DNA of 64,000 bases from Alphaproteobacteria bacterium (GTDB lineage: Bacteria > Pseudomonadota > Alphaproteobacteria > UBA828): the NCBI GenBank assembly GCA_965221125.1, contig CBDCRW010000006.1, positions 416,001 to 480,000 on the forward strand, written 5' to 3'. The translations under genes and the position numbers were made by a program. Every line of letters begins with the position of its first letter. The stretch's first letter is position 1. This document shows, one piece after another, positions 1-9,873 of the stretch. The notes below the pieces were generated by a model. The model was not told the DNA's origin and did no database searches. It saw only the letters and a program-made list of their open reading frames with translations.

Positions 1-917
1 AGCGGCCGGACGGCGTGCTGAGCCTGGAGACGACGGTCAAGCGCATGCGGGAATCGACCACGGTCCTGGTCATCCTGTGGATGGTGGGCTCGGCGCTGGT
101 GGTCTCGGCGATCGCCGTCATGTTCCTGCGCAACCAGATACGCCCGATCCGGCGGCTGGCGGCGGCGGCGGACGCGCTGGGCAAGGGCCGGCCTGTACAG
201 GACCTCACGCCCTCGGGCGCGACGGAGATCCGCCGCGCCGGCGCGGCGTTTCTCGAGATGCAGGGGCGGATCCAGCGTCAGATCGCCCAGCGCACCGAGA
301 TGCTGGCCGGGGTCTCGCACGACCTGCGGACGCCGCTCACCCGGGTCAGGCTGCAGCTCGCCATGCTGGCCGACGCGCACCCCGGCTCGCGCGAGGAGAT
401 CGGCGAGTCCGAGCAGGACCTGCAGCTCATGGAGCACATGATCGACGAGTACATGGCCTTCGCCCGCGGCCAGGGCGGGGAGGCGCCGGTGAGCACCGAT
501 CTCGCCGAGATCATCGAGGATGTCGCCGGCGATGCGCGCCGCAGGGGCGGCCCCATCACACTCGAGGTCGAGCGGCCGCTGGTCATGGCGCTCCGGCCGA
601 ACGCCATCCGCCGCTGCCTGACCAATCTGGTGGAGAACGCGACGCACCACGGCGCGCAGGTCGCGATCAGGGCCGCGCGCCGCGACGACGTCGTCTCGGT
701 CGCGGTCGAGGACGACGGGCCGGGCATTCCGGAGGATCAGCGCGAAGAGGTGTTCAAGCCATTCTTCAGGCTCGACAGCGCGCGCAACCCGCGCACCGGC
801 GGGGCCGGCCTCGGCCTCTCGATCGCGCGCGATGTCGCCCGCGGGCACGGCGGCGACATCCGCATGAGCGGCGGCTCGCTCGGCGGCCTCCGGGCGGAGC
901 TTCGGTTGCCGGTCTAA
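1..917 (+). CDS. EnvZ-like sensor histidine kinase (5' part probably outside the window)
   Basis: TM segment, HAMP region, H-box VSHDLRTPL, N-box NLVENA, G1 DDGPGIP, G2 GAGLGLSIA. Confidence 0.9.
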   Translation, partial: RPDGVLSLETTVKRMRESTTVLVILWMVGSALVVSAIAVMFLRNQIRPIRRLAAAADALGKGRPVQDLTPSGATEIRRAGAAFLEMQGRIQRQIAQRTEMLAGVSHDLRTPLTRVRLQLAMLADAHPGSREEIGESEQDLQLMEHMIDEYMAFARGQGGEAPVSTDLAEIIEDVAGDARRRGGPITLEVERPLVMALRPNAIRRCLTNLVENATHHGAQVAIRAARRDDVVSVAVEDDGPGIPEDQREEVFKPFFRLDSARNPRTGGAGLGLSIARDVARGHGGDIRMSGGSLGGLRAELRLPV

Positions 918-936
918 GCGCGCGTGTTGCCGGACC

Positions 937-1584
937 CTATCCGGCTTCCTCCGCAGGCTGGGCATCGCGCCAGTCGCGGCGCGGCGCGAGGCGGCAGAGG
1001 GAGCGCGTGAGCCTGTCGAGGCGCTTCAGCCGCCGGTCGAGCACGGCCATGGTGCGCGCCATGTCGTCGCTGTCGTCATGCAGCCAGACCCGCAGCATGG
1101 CGAGATAGAGCGCATACAGCGCGTTGACCCGAAGCTCGCCGCGCAGGCCGCCGCTGCTCAGGTCGGCGGCTTCGAGCATCCAGCGCATCGAGCGGCGCAT
1201 CGTGAACGACCCGCACAGGACGCCTTCCGGGTTCGACGGGGCGCTCCGCACGATGGCGACGACGCCCTCCCTCTGCGCATTCAGCAGATCGAAGCGCTTC
1301 ATGAGGATGTCGAACAGGCGCTCGGTCGCCGGGCGCCCGGCCATCTCGGGGTCGCGCGCCGCCAGCACCGCGCGGTCGATATCCGCGGCGTAGGCCGCGA
1401 CGATGGCGCTCTTCGACGAGAACTCCGCCCGCAGCTCGGCGAGCGAGACCTCCGCCGCCTCTGCGATGTCGCCCAGCCCGACCCGCGCCCAGCCGCGGCT
1501 CGCGGCCAGTGTCAGGGCGCTCTCGATAATGGCCTGGCGCACGTCCCTGCGCTTGCCGGCCCCCGATGCAGCTTTTCTCGGCAT
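937..1584 (-). CDS. TetR/AcrR-like HTH protein
   Basis: N-terminal HTH (IIESALTLAASRGW...DIAEAAEVS...FSSK); 215 aa; C-terminal DDSDDMARTMAVLDRRL. Confidence 0.75.
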   Translation of the reverse strand: MPRKAASGAGKRRDVRQAIIESALTLAASRGWARVGLGDIAEAAEVSLAELRAEFSSKSAIVAAYAADIDRAVLAARDPEMAGRPATERLFDILMKRFDLLNAQREGVVAIVRSAPSNPEGVLCGSFTMRRSMRWMLEAADLSSGGLRGELRVNALYALYLAMLRVWLHDDSDDMARTMAVLDRRLKRLDRLTRSLCRLAPRRDWRDAQPAEEAG

Positions 1585-1656
1585 CGTCCTGCACCTCGTC
1601 GCCGCCGCCAGTGGGTCAAGTGTAGGCCGCGGGAAAACGCAGCGTCAACGCGGCCG

Positions 1657-1803
1657 AAGCGTTTCCGTTTTTCACGAAAACGCTCCGATCCCTTATCGCT
1701 CACGGCAGCCGGTCTTCGACCGGCGCCTCCGCGAGGGCGCCGCATACGCGGCGGGCCGCGGTTGCGGCCTAGAGCGCGTCCGTCAAAGACGGATGCGCTC
1801 TAG
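1657..1803. repeat. Multi-hairpin intergenic repeat, copy 1 (RIME/CIR/MITE-like)
   Basis: Shares the TCGCTCACGGCAGC core, terminal hairpins and the GGCCGC-N4-GCGGCC hairpin with 15690-15838 and 38342-38503. Confidence 0.85.
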
Positions 1804-2624
1804 GACTTTGGGGCGAGGGCGCGGGAGCGCTCGGTGGCGGCGCGAACCGCGCGGCGCATGAGGGGGCTGAGCCCGTCAGAAGCCATCAGGACCGAGAGCG
1901 CGGCTTCGGTCGTCCCGCCGGGGCTGGTCACGTTGCGCCTGAGCGTTGCGGCGTCGTCCTCGGATTGGGCCAGCAGCGCGCCGGCCCCGCTCACCGTGCT
2001 GTCGGCGAGCGTGCGCGCGAGATCGGCGGGCAGGCCGGCATCGACGGCGGCCTCGGCCAGGCATTCGGCGAGCAGGAAGACGTAGGCCGGGCCGCTGCCG
2101 GAGACGGCGGTCACCGCGTCCATGAGGGCCTCGTCGTCGATCCAGGCGACGGCGCCCACCGCGCCCAGCAGCGCCTCGCAGAGCGCCCGCTGATCGGGGC
2201 TCGCGGCCCGGTTGGCCCAGGCGACGGTCATGCCCGCGCCGATGGCGGCGGGCGTGTTGGGCATGGCGCGGACGACCGGCACGGCGCCGAGGTCGTTTTC
2301 CAGCAGGCGCACGGGCCAGCCGGCGGCGATGGAGAGGTGCACGGTCTCCGGCCCGCCGATACCGGCGTAATGGGGCACGACCTCGCCCATCACCTGCGGC
2401 TTGACGGCGAAGACGACCGCCGCCGGGCGCAGTCCGCCGGGAAGGGCGGAAGGCTCGGCAACGCACGCGGTGCCGAGGGGCGCGAGGCGCCGGGCTGTGG
2501 CGGCATCCGGCTCGACGATGGCGAGCTGCGCGGCCTGCAGCGGCCCGCGCAGCCAGCCCGCCGCGAGCGCGCCGCCCATGCGGCCGCCGCCGACCAGGAC
2601 GATATCGCCGGAAATCGCCGTCAT
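1800..2624 (-). CDS. proC: Pyrroline-5-carboxylate reductase
   Basis: GGGRMGGA Rossmann motif, AVKPQ, RAMPNTPA, AVSGSGPAY, VTSPGGTT; ATG at 2624 overlaps the upstream stop. Confidence 0.95.
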   Translation of the reverse strand: MTAISGDIVLVGGGRMGGALAAGWLRGPLQAAQLAIVEPDAATARRLAPLGTACVAEPSALPGGLRPAAVVFAVKPQVMGEVVPHYAGIGGPETVHLSIAAGWPVRLLENDLGAVPVVRAMPNTPAAIGAGMTVAWANRAASPDQRALCEALLGAVGAVAWIDDEALMDAVTAVSGSGPAYVFLLAECLAEAAVDAGLPADLARTLADSTVSGAGALLAQSEDDAATLRRNVTSPGGTTEAALSVLMASDGLSPLMRRAVRAATERSRALAPKS

Positions 2625-3127
2625 CAGGCCGACCCGCACGGCTCCATGAGCGCGGCCTCGAAGGCATCCTCGGGCGCGAGGTCCCTCTCGATGACCTGCC
2701 GGAAGGCCGGGTAGAAGCGCTCGCACTCGCCGACGCCGACGGTCACGATATCGACGATCTGGGGGTCTTCCACGCCAGCGGTGCCGCGCAGCAGCAGCGC
2801 GTGACGCCAGGTCGGCCGGCCTTCCTCGGCCCAGAGGTCGAAATGGCCGATCCACAGGCTCTCGTTGATCAGGTTGACCAGGGCGCCGACCGTGGGCCGC
2901 CGGTCTTCGGGCACGCGCATGTCGAAGCCGCTCGCGAAATGCAGCACGTCGAGGTCGGCGCGGTAGGCGAACCAGAGCTGGTAGTCGCACCAGACGCCGG
3001 CGAACGCGCCGGTGATGTCCTCGTCGCCCATGCGCTCGAAGGAGAGCCGGCTCGCCATCATGACCCGCTCGACGGCGTCGAGCGGGTCGCTCGACAGGCG
3101 CTCGAGTTCTACTACCGTCGCCGCCAT
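2624..3127 (-). CDS. YbjN-domain protein
   Basis: DPLDAVE...INESLWIGHFDLW...ECERFYPAF; typical partner upstream of alphaproteobacterial proC. Confidence 0.8.
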   Translation of the reverse strand: MAATVVELERLSSDPLDAVERVMMASRLSFERMGDEDITGAFAGVWCDYQLWFAYRADLDVLHFASGFDMRVPEDRRPTVGALVNLINESLWIGHFDLWAEEGRPTWRHALLLRGTAGVEDPQIVDIVTVGVGECERFYPAFRQVIERDLAPEDAFEAALMEPCGSA

Positions 3128-3270
3128 CGCATCGCCCCATCGCTGCGCCGCCATATGCGGTGCCCTGCCAAGACCACCACATGTGGCACCAACTACAATA
3201 GGGTGTGATGGGGCGAGATAAAATCCCAAAATGTTGACGTTCGCGCCGGACCGCCGAATGAATCGGGCGG

Positions 3271-3828
3271 CTATGCCGGAAGCTGGGGCGTGGCGCCGCC
3301 GGGCAGCGGGATGCGGTGCTCGTTCAGCGTCATGGCGATCATCGCGTAGTAGCCGTTGAGCGCGGTGAGCTCCACCACGCCGGCGGGCCCCAGCAGCGCG
3401 AGCGCCTTGTCGTAGGTCTCGTCGCTCACCGCGCGGTTGGCCTGCAACTCGCAGGAGTAGTCGTAGACCGTCACCTCGTCCTCGGCCGTGAGCGGCGGCG
3501 GGCGGCGGTGCCTGATGGCCTCGATCACGGCGTCCGGCAGGCCCGCCTTCGCAGCTTCCGCCGCATGCCAGTGCCATTCGTACTGGCACGACCAGTGGCG
3601 GGCGACCGCGAGGATCGCGAGCTCGCTGAGTCTGGGTTCCAGGCTGGTGTCGTAGCGCAGCAGGGCGCCCAGCGCCTGCACGCGGTCGGCAAGCTCCGCG
3701 TTGTGGAGGAAGGCCATGAAGAGCGCCGGCACCGTGCCGCGCGGCCCGCTCTCGATGGCGTCGTAGACGCGGCGCTGGTCCGCCGAGAGCGAGTCTGCGT
3801 CGGGGAGCGGCAGGCGCTCGCCCGTCAT
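3271..3828 (-). CDS. Carboxymuconolactone decarboxylase (CMD/AhpD-like) family protein
   Basis: [22 protein letters not shown] and [11 protein letters not shown] motifs. Confidence 0.8.
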   Translation of the reverse strand: MTGERLPLPDADSLSADQRRVYDAIESGPRGTVPALFMAFLHNAELADRVQALGALLRYDTSLEPRLSELAILAVARHWSCQYEWHWHAAEAAKAGLPDAVIEAIRHRRPPPLTAEDEVTVYDYSCELQANRAVSDETYDKALALLGPAGVVELTALNGYYAMIAMTLNEHRIPLPGGATPQLPA

Positions 3829-4322
3829 GCTGCGGCTTCCCCGCCCGCCCCCTCGCGCTCGGCGATCGGCGGCACGAAGCGGAGGTCCGTGTCCCAGGGG
3901 AAGAAGATCCAGGTGTCCTGGCTGACCTCGGTGACGAAGGTGTGCGCCTCCCCCCGCCCCGCCGGCTTGGTGTAGACGCAGGCGAAGTGCGCCTTGGGCA
4001 GCATCTCGCGGACGATGCGGGCGGTGGCGCCGGTATCGGCGAGATCGTCGATGATCAGAATGCCCTCGCCGTCGCCCGCGACCGGCTTCAGGACCTGCGC
4101 CGAGCGCTGGTCCTGGTGGTCGTAGGAGGAGATGCAGACGGTGTCGACCAGGCGGATGTCGAGCTCGCGGGCGACGATCGCCGCCGGCACCAGGCCGCCG
4201 CGCGTGACCGCGACGATGCTCCGCCAGGGACCGAGCTCCGCCAGCCGCCAGGCCAGCGCCCGTGCGTCGCGGTGAAGCTGGTCCCACGAAACTGGGAAGC
4301 CCTTCTCGTATCTCTCCGCCAT
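3825..4322 (-). CDS. gpt: Xanthine-guanine phosphoribosyltransferase
   Basis: [25 protein letters not shown] loop [21 protein letters not shown]. Confidence 0.93.
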   Translation of the reverse strand: MAERYEKGFPVSWDQLHRDARALAWRLAELGPWRSIVAVTRGGLVPAAIVARELDIRLVDTVCISSYDHQDQRSAQVLKPVAGDGEGILIIDDLADTGATARIVREMLPKAHFACVYTKPAGRGEAHTFVTEVSQDTWIFFPWDTDLRFVPPIAEREGAGGEAAA

Positions 4323-4451
4323 CTCGTCTGCCCTCTGCGAATCCGGCCGCGCCGCCCCCATGCAAGCCGACATCGCCCGGCCGGGCAAGGGGTCGCGCCG
4401 CAAGGCGCGGGCGCCTTTCGATCCGGGGCCGATGCGGGTAAGAAACGGCGC

Positions 4452-5417
4452 ATGGCCGACCGGGTGCGGGCGCTGCCGGGCAGCGAAGCCGAGACGCGGG
4501 CGCTCCTCGAGGACGGGCGCTATGTCGCGGACGATGCGCTGGTCAAGACGCTGTTCCTGAGCTTCGCGCTGGGCCGCCCCCTGCTGCTGGAGGGCGAGGC
4601 CGGCTGCGGCAAGACGCAGCTCGCCGCGACCCTGGCGGAGACGCTCGGCCGCCGGCTGCTCCGCCTGCAATGCCACGAGGGGCTGGATTCGGCCGCTGCC
4701 GTCTACGAGTGGAACTATGCCGCGCAGATGCTGGCGATCCGCCTCGCCGAGCGCGGCGGCACTGCGCGCGACGGGACCGCGCGCGGTGAGACTGCGCGCG
4801 ACGCGCTGGCCGAGGACATCTTCGGCGAGCGCTTCCTGGTCAAGCGGCCGCTGCTCACGGCGCTGGAGCCCGATCCGCTCGGGCCCCCGGTCCTGCTGAT
4901 CGACGAGATCGACCGGGCCGACGCGCCCTTCGAGGCCTATCTGCTTGAAATCCTCTCCGAGTTTCAGGTGAGCGTGCCGGAGGTCGGCACGGTGACGGCT
5001 GCCGAGCGCCCGCTCGTCGTCATCACGTCCAACCGCACGCGCGAGGTGCACGACGCGCTCAAGCGGCGCTGCCTCTACCACTGGGTCGACTACCCGGATG
5101 CCGCGCAGGAGAAGGCGATCCTGCGCGCCCGCCTGCCGGGGGTCGAGAGGCGGCTGAGCGACAACATTACTGCCTTCATCGCGCGCATGCAGAAGGCCGA
5201 TCTCTCCAAAGTGGCGGGGCTCGGCGAGGTGATCGCGTGGTCGAGCGCCGTGATCGAGCTCGACCGCATCGAGCTCGACCCCGAGACGATCCAGGCCAAC
5301 CTCGAGCGGCTGCTGGCCTATCAGCGCGGTCTCGCCGAGGCCAGCGGCCGTGCGCCGGGGACTGTGCAGCCGGAGACCGTAAGGCCGGGGCCGGTGCGGC
5401 CGGGGCAGCGGCCGTGA
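4452..5417 (+). CDS. MoxR/CoxD-type AAA+ ATPase
   Basis: Walker [18 protein letters not shown], Walker [28 protein letters not shown]. Confidence 0.9.
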   Translation: MADRVRALPGSEAETRALLEDGRYVADDALVKTLFLSFALGRPLLLEGEAGCGKTQLAATLAETLGRRLLRLQCHEGLDSAAAVYEWNYAAQMLAIRLAERGGTARDGTARGETARDALAEDIFGERFLVKRPLLTALEPDPLGPPVLLIDEIDRADAPFEAYLLEILSEFQVSVPEVGTVTAAERPLVVITSNRTREVHDALKRRCLYHWVDYPDAAQEKAILRARLPGVERRLSDNITAFIARMQKADLSKVAGLGEVIAWSSAVIELDRIELDPETIQANLERLLAYQRGLAEASGRAPGTVQPETVRPGPVRPGQRP

Positions 5418-6619
5418 CCGCGGCGCAGGCGACGTTCGAGACGCAAGCGGGCGGCATGCTCGCCTACAACGTCATGCACTTCGTGCGGGGCCTGCGCGGC
5501 ACTGGCCTGCCGGCGGGGCCGGGCAAGACCATCGAGGCGGTGCGCGCGGTCGAGGCGGTCGATCCCACCCGGCGCAGCGACCTCTACTGGGCGCTCCACG
5601 CCGTGCTCGTGGAGCGGCGCGACCAGCACGACATCTTCGACCAGGCGTTTCACCTGTTCTGGCGCGAGATACGCATGCAGAGCGCGACCCACGGGCCGGT
5701 CATGGCGTCGGACAGGCTGCCGCAGCCGGAGGCGCCGCCGGCGAGCCGCCGGGCCAGCGAGGCCATCGCGCCCCGCCTGCCGGACGAGGAGGAGGAACAG
5801 GAAAACGTCGAGATCGAGCTCGACGCGGTGCTCACCTTCTCGCCCCAGGAAGTGCTGCAGGAGATGGATTTCGAGGACATGTCGGCGGACGAGCTGGCCG
5901 AGGCGAAGCGGGCGATCGCGGCGCTCCGGCTGCCGATCAAGCCGGTGCCGACGCGGCGCTTCCGGCCGGATCAGCTTGGGCGCAGGATCGACATGCGGGC
6001 GACGCTCCGCGCGAGTCTCCGCTCGAGCGGCGACCTCATGCCGCTCAAGCGCCGCTCCCGCGCCGAGCGCCTGCCGACGCTGGTGGTGCTCTGCGACGTG
6101 TCGGGCTCGATGAGCCGCTACTCGCGCATGTTCCTGCATTTCGTCCACGCCGTGACCAACGACCGCGACCGGGTGCACAGCTTCCTCTTCGGCACCCGGC
6201 TTACCAACATCACGCGCTATCTCCGGCACCGCGACGTGGACGTGGCCGTCGGCGCCGCGAGCAGCGCCGTCCACGACTGGTCCGGCGGCACGCGGATCGG
6301 CCCCTGCCTCAAGGACTTCAACCACCACTGGTCGCGCCGCGTGCTGGCCCAGGGCGCGCTGGTGCTGCTGATCACCGACGGGCTCGACCGCGACGATCTC
6401 GGCATCCTCCAGGCCGAGGTGGAGCGGCTGCACAAGTCCTGCCGCCGCCTGATCTGGCTCAACCCGCTACTCCGCTACGAGGGCTTCAGGCCCGAGGCCG
6501 GCGGCGTGCGCACCATCCTGCCGCATATCGACGACTTCCGGCCCGTCCACAACATCGCGAGCCTCATGGACATCGCGACCGCGCTGAGCGCGCCCGCGCC
6601 GGGCGAGGTGTGGGGTTAG
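5414..6619 (+). CDS. CoxE-type VWA-domain protein
   Basis: [33 protein letters not shown]; GTG start overlaps the AAA stop. Confidence 0.88.
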   Translation: MTAAQATFETQAGGMLAYNVMHFVRGLRGTGLPAGPGKTIEAVRAVEAVDPTRRSDLYWALHAVLVERRDQHDIFDQAFHLFWREIRMQSATHGPVMASDRLPQPEAPPASRRASEAIAPRLPDEEEEQENVEIELDAVLTFSPQEVLQEMDFEDMSADELAEAKRAIAALRLPIKPVPTRRFRPDQLGRRIDMRATLRASLRSSGDLMPLKRRSRAERLPTLVVLCDVSGSMSRYSRMFLHFVHAVTNDRDRVHSFLFGTRLTNITRYLRHRDVDVAVGAASSAVHDWSGGTRIGPCLKDFNHHWSRRVLAQGALVLLITDGLDRDDLGILQAEVERLHKSCRRLIWLNPLLRYEGFRPEAGGVRTILPHIDDFRPVHNIASLMDIATALSAPAPGEVWG

Positions 6620-6840
6620 GAAACCCGCACCATGGTGCGGTGCACGGGGCAGGCAGGTGGGGGCAGGCTCTGCGGATGCAGCGCGAAGACCATCTGTTGT
6701 TTTCCGGTCTAGCCGGATAGAAGCACGGGTTTTTTTCTCACTTTGATTGGTTGGTGGATTTCCCGGGATGGTGGCCGAGTGCGGGAAGGACGCTGCCTGC
6801 GGCATTTTTTTGATCCTCAGCAGAATCCTCATTGCTGTTG

Positions 6841-6974
6841 AAGCTGTGGAGCGGTGGGCGCGAGATCGGCGAGTGTGGTCAGGCGGTGGGCAAGCGCCAG
6901 CTTGTCCACGGGCTGTCCACACGGTCCGCAGGACGCCGATCGGTCCGCAGGACGCGTCCACGGCTCCACAGCTT
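6841..6974. other. Long branched hairpin inside the transposon left end
   Basis: AAGCTGTGGAGC/GCTCCACAGCTT 12-bp stem with nested stems and two TCC-GCA-GGA mini-hairpins. Confidence 0.75.
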
Positions 6975-7063
6975 GGCGGCGGCGGGGAGCGTCCGTAATC
7001 TTGGCCTCTCACTGAACGACAAAGAGAGGCCCGGGGGACGGAACTCCCGCCGGGCCAGGGCCG

Positions 7064-7699
7064 GTGCAGCTTCGCTACGAAACGGGGCTCACCAGCGAGG
7101 AATACGTTAAGACCGAGGCGTGGCGCGACGCAAGGCTTGAGCGCTGCCCGAATCACCCGCACGGCGGATGTTCTGTGGCAAGCCACGGCACCTACGAGCG
7201 GAAGACCCCGCCCGGCGCAAGGGTTCCTCGCTGGTATTGCCGTGAGAGCCATACGACCATCGGCCTGCTGGCCGACTGTCTGGCGGCGCGGCTGCCGGGC
7301 ACGCTCGATGCGCTGGAAGCGGTTGTTGTCGTGGCGGAGGAGGCCGGCAGCCTGGAGGAGGCAGCGGACGAGGTGCGCTGCCCCGAGGACGAGGACGCCA
7401 TCGAGCTTCCCGGCGCCGTGCGTTGGATCCGCCGCAGGCTGAAGCTTGTGCACGACGCGCTTGTGCGCGTCATCGGCCTGATCCCCGACCTGCTCGCGGG
7501 CTGCGCGCCCACCATGAGCGCGGTGCGCGAGCGTCTGAAGAGCGACAGCGCGTTGATGGAACTGCGCGGCCTGGTCGCCGGGCAGCTCCGGACGCTACCC
7601 GCGCCTCTGGGCTTCCAACCCCACGGCATCGACGTGGGGAATCGCAAACCGCAGTTCCAACAACGGGCGGGGCCGGACCCGCCGCCGGAGAGTTCGTAG
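7064..7699 (+). CDS. Transposon-associated Cys/His-rich hypothetical protein (putative Zn-binding, possible HTH)
   Basis: CPNHPHGGC...HGTY...RWYC...H motif; GTG start; directly upstream of the transposase. Confidence 0.75.
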   Translation: MQLRYETGLTSEEYVKTEAWRDARLERCPNHPHGGCSVASHGTYERKTPPGARVPRWYCRESHTTIGLLADCLAARLPGTLDALEAVVVVAEEAGSLEEAADEVRCPEDEDAIELPGAVRWIRRRLKLVHDALVRVIGLIPDLLAGCAPTMSAVRERLKSDSALMELRGLVAGQLRTLPAPLGFQPHGIDVGNRKPQFQQRAGPDPPPESS

Positions 7700-7744
7700 C
7701 GTGACGATCCCGGGGCCAGGGAGTCCCTGAACGAGGATCGCACC

Positions 7745-9073
7745 ATGAACAGCTCAGACGACGACCTTCGCCAACAGATCGCGCTCTTCCGATACGACGT
7801 CATCGCCGATCTGGTGCATCTGCCCGTGGGTGCACCGGGTGCCGGCGCGATGATGCGCGCCAAAGCCGAGAAGACCTACACGATCCCCGGAACCACCAGG
7901 ACCCGGGTCGCCGCCGAGACCATGCGGCGCTGGATCAAGGACTACCGCTACGGCGGCTTCGACGCGCTCTACCCCAAGCCCCGCACCGACCGGGGGAAGC
8001 CCCGGCGGCTGCCGCCCGAGGTCGCCGAGCGCCTCATCGCGCTGAAGACCGAGAACGACGCATTGTCGGTTCGCGCCATCATCCAGAAGGTCAAGGAGGA
8101 GGGTATCGACCACCCGCTCGCCTCGTCCACCGTGCACCGCCTCTTCAGCCGCGAGGGCCTGTTCGACAAGAAGCCGCCCGACGGGGCGGATCGCCGCCGC
8201 TTCGCCTTCCGGCATGCCGGCGAGATGTGGATGAGCGACGTCATGCACGGACCCAAGGTCCGGCACGGCCGAACCCGGCGCAAGACCTACCTGATCGCCT
8301 TCATCGACGACGCCACCCGCGTCATCCCGTTCGCCGCCTTCGCCATGGCGGAGAACACTGCGGCGTTCCTGCCGGTGTTCAAGGACGCGCTGATCCGGCG
8401 CGGCCTCCCGGCCCGCTTGTACGTCGACAACGGAAGCGCCTACCGCTCCCGTCATCTCTCCCTGGTCTGCGCCAGGCTCGGCGTTGCGTTGATTCACGCA
8501 AGGGCGTTCCAGCCAGCGGGAAAGGGTAAGATCGAGCGCTTCTTCCGCACCCTCCGGGCCGGCTGGCTCCGCCACCTCGGCGATGACGTCGACAGCCTGG
8601 AGGCGCTCAACCGCAGCCTCTGGGCCTGGATCGAGGGGGAGTATCACAACAGCCCGCATCGTGGCCTCGACGAGGGGCGCACCCCGCTTGAGCAGTGGGC
8701 GCTGGCCTCGGCCGGCGTGCGCTATCCCGACGCCACCATGGACCTCGACGATCTGTTCCTCTTCGAGGCCAGGCGCCGTGTCTACAAGGACCGCACCGTT
8801 AGTCTGAACGGCCGCGTCTACGAGGTCGACGCCCTCCTGGTGGGTCAGAACGTCATCCTGCGCTACGACCCGGCCGCGCCGCCCTCGCGCCCTCTCGACG
8901 TGGTCCATGACGGCAAGCCGGCCGGCAAGGCCAGCCCTCTCGACGCCTACGCCAATACCGCCGTCAGGCGCACCTACCCGGCCAGGGAGATCGAGGCCGA
9001 AGATCCGGCGCCCGAGCCTCCGCCCTCGCCGCTGGCCATGCGCAACCTCAAGGACAAGAAGGAGGACGAGTGA
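7745..9073 (+). CDS. DDE transposase (rve/integrase core, Mu-transposase C-terminal type)
   Basis: N-terminal HTH; WMSD...FIDDATR...YVDNGSAY...GKIERFFRT catalytic D-D-E; C-terminal RRVYKDRTVSLNGRVYEV. Confidence 0.95.
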   Translation: MNSSDDDLRQQIALFRYDVIADLVHLPVGAPGAGAMMRAKAEKTYTIPGTTRTRVAAETMRRWIKDYRYGGFDALYPKPRTDRGKPRRLPPEVAERLIALKTENDALSVRAIIQKVKEEGIDHPLASSTVHRLFSREGLFDKKPPDGADRRRFAFRHAGEMWMSDVMHGPKVRHGRTRRKTYLIAFIDDATRVIPFAAFAMAENTAAFLPVFKDALIRRGLPARLYVDNGSAYRSRHLSLVCARLGVALIHARAFQPAGKGKIERFFRTLRAGWLRHLGDDVDSLEALNRSLWAWIEGEYHNSPHRGLDEGRTPLEQWALASAGVRYPDATMDLDDLFLFEARRRVYKDRTVSLNGRVYEVDALLVGQNVILRYDPAAPPSRPLDVVHDGKPAGKASPLDAYANTAVRRTYPAREIEAEDPAPEPPPSPLAMRNLKDKKEDE

Positions 9074-9873
9074 TGTACCTGCGCCACTTCGCCTTCACCC
9101 GCCTGCCCTTCGAGACCCCGGCAGAGACCGACGAGCTGTTCGAGTCCAACGCGCGCCGCGAGGCCGAGGCCAGGCTCGGCCACCTCATCGACCTGCGCGG
9201 CATCGGCCTGCTCACCGGCGAGGTGGGCTCCGGCAAGACCACCGTGTGCCGGCATCTGACCGCGCAGCTTCATCCAGGCCTCTACCGGGTCCACTACGTC
9301 TCGCTGACCACGGGCAACGTGCTCGACATGTACAAGGCGATCGCGTGGGAGATCGGCCTGCCCATCGAGCGCTCCCGCGCCTCGGCCTATCAGGCCATCC
9401 GAAACGAGATCTCCCGCCTCGTCACCGAGGCCAAGCAGCTGCCGGTCCTCGTCATCGACGAGGCCCATCATCTGCGCAACGACGTCCTTGAGGACCTGCG
9501 CCTGCTCACCAACTTCGCCATGGATGCAGAGCAGCGCCTGTGCCTCGTCCTCGTCGGTCTGACCGAGCTCAGGCGCCGCCTGGCCATGGCCATGCACGAA
9601 TCCCTCAGCCAGCGCCTCGTCGTCCGCCACCACCTGAGCGGTCTCGACCGCGACGAGGTCGACGCTTACATCAAGCACCGCCTCAGGCTCGCGGGATGCG
9701 AACTGCCGCTGTTCGAAGAGCCCGCCGTCGAGGCCCTGTTCCAGGGCGCGCGCGGCCTGCCGCGCCAGATCAACCGCATCGCCCACTACGCGCTCTCCGC
9801 CGCCGCTCTCGACGAGGCGAGGACCGTCAGTGCCGACCACCTGCAGCACGCGCTCGAGGAACTGCGGCCATGA
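9073..9873 (+). CDS. ExeA/TniB/TnsC-like AAA+ ATPase (transposition regulator)
   Basis: Walker A GEVGSGKT, Walker B VIDEAHHL, ESLSQRL, GLPRQIN; TGATG coupling to the transposase. Confidence 0.92.
   Translation: MYLRHFAFTRLPFETPAETDELFESNARREAEARLGHLIDLRGIGLLTGEVGSGKTTVCRHLTAQLHPGLYRVHYVSLTTGNVLDMYKAIAWEIGLPIERSRASAYQAIRNEISRLVTEAKQLPVLVIDEAHHLRNDVLEDLRLLTNFAMDAEQRLCLVLVGLTELRRRLAMAMHESLSQRLVVRHHLSGLDRDEVDAYIKHRLRLAGCELPLFEEPAVEALFQGARGLPRQINRIAHYALSAAALDEARTVSADHLQHALEELRP

Noticed and set aside
3172-3206. CCACATGTGG palindrome and AT-rich patch resembling an NrdR box
   Set aside because: Weak consensus match and downstream ybjN-proC is not an expected target; probably just promoter DNA
6467-7453. 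328-aa minus-strand ORF
   Set aside because: Spans the left end and is antisense to coxE and the Cys/His gene
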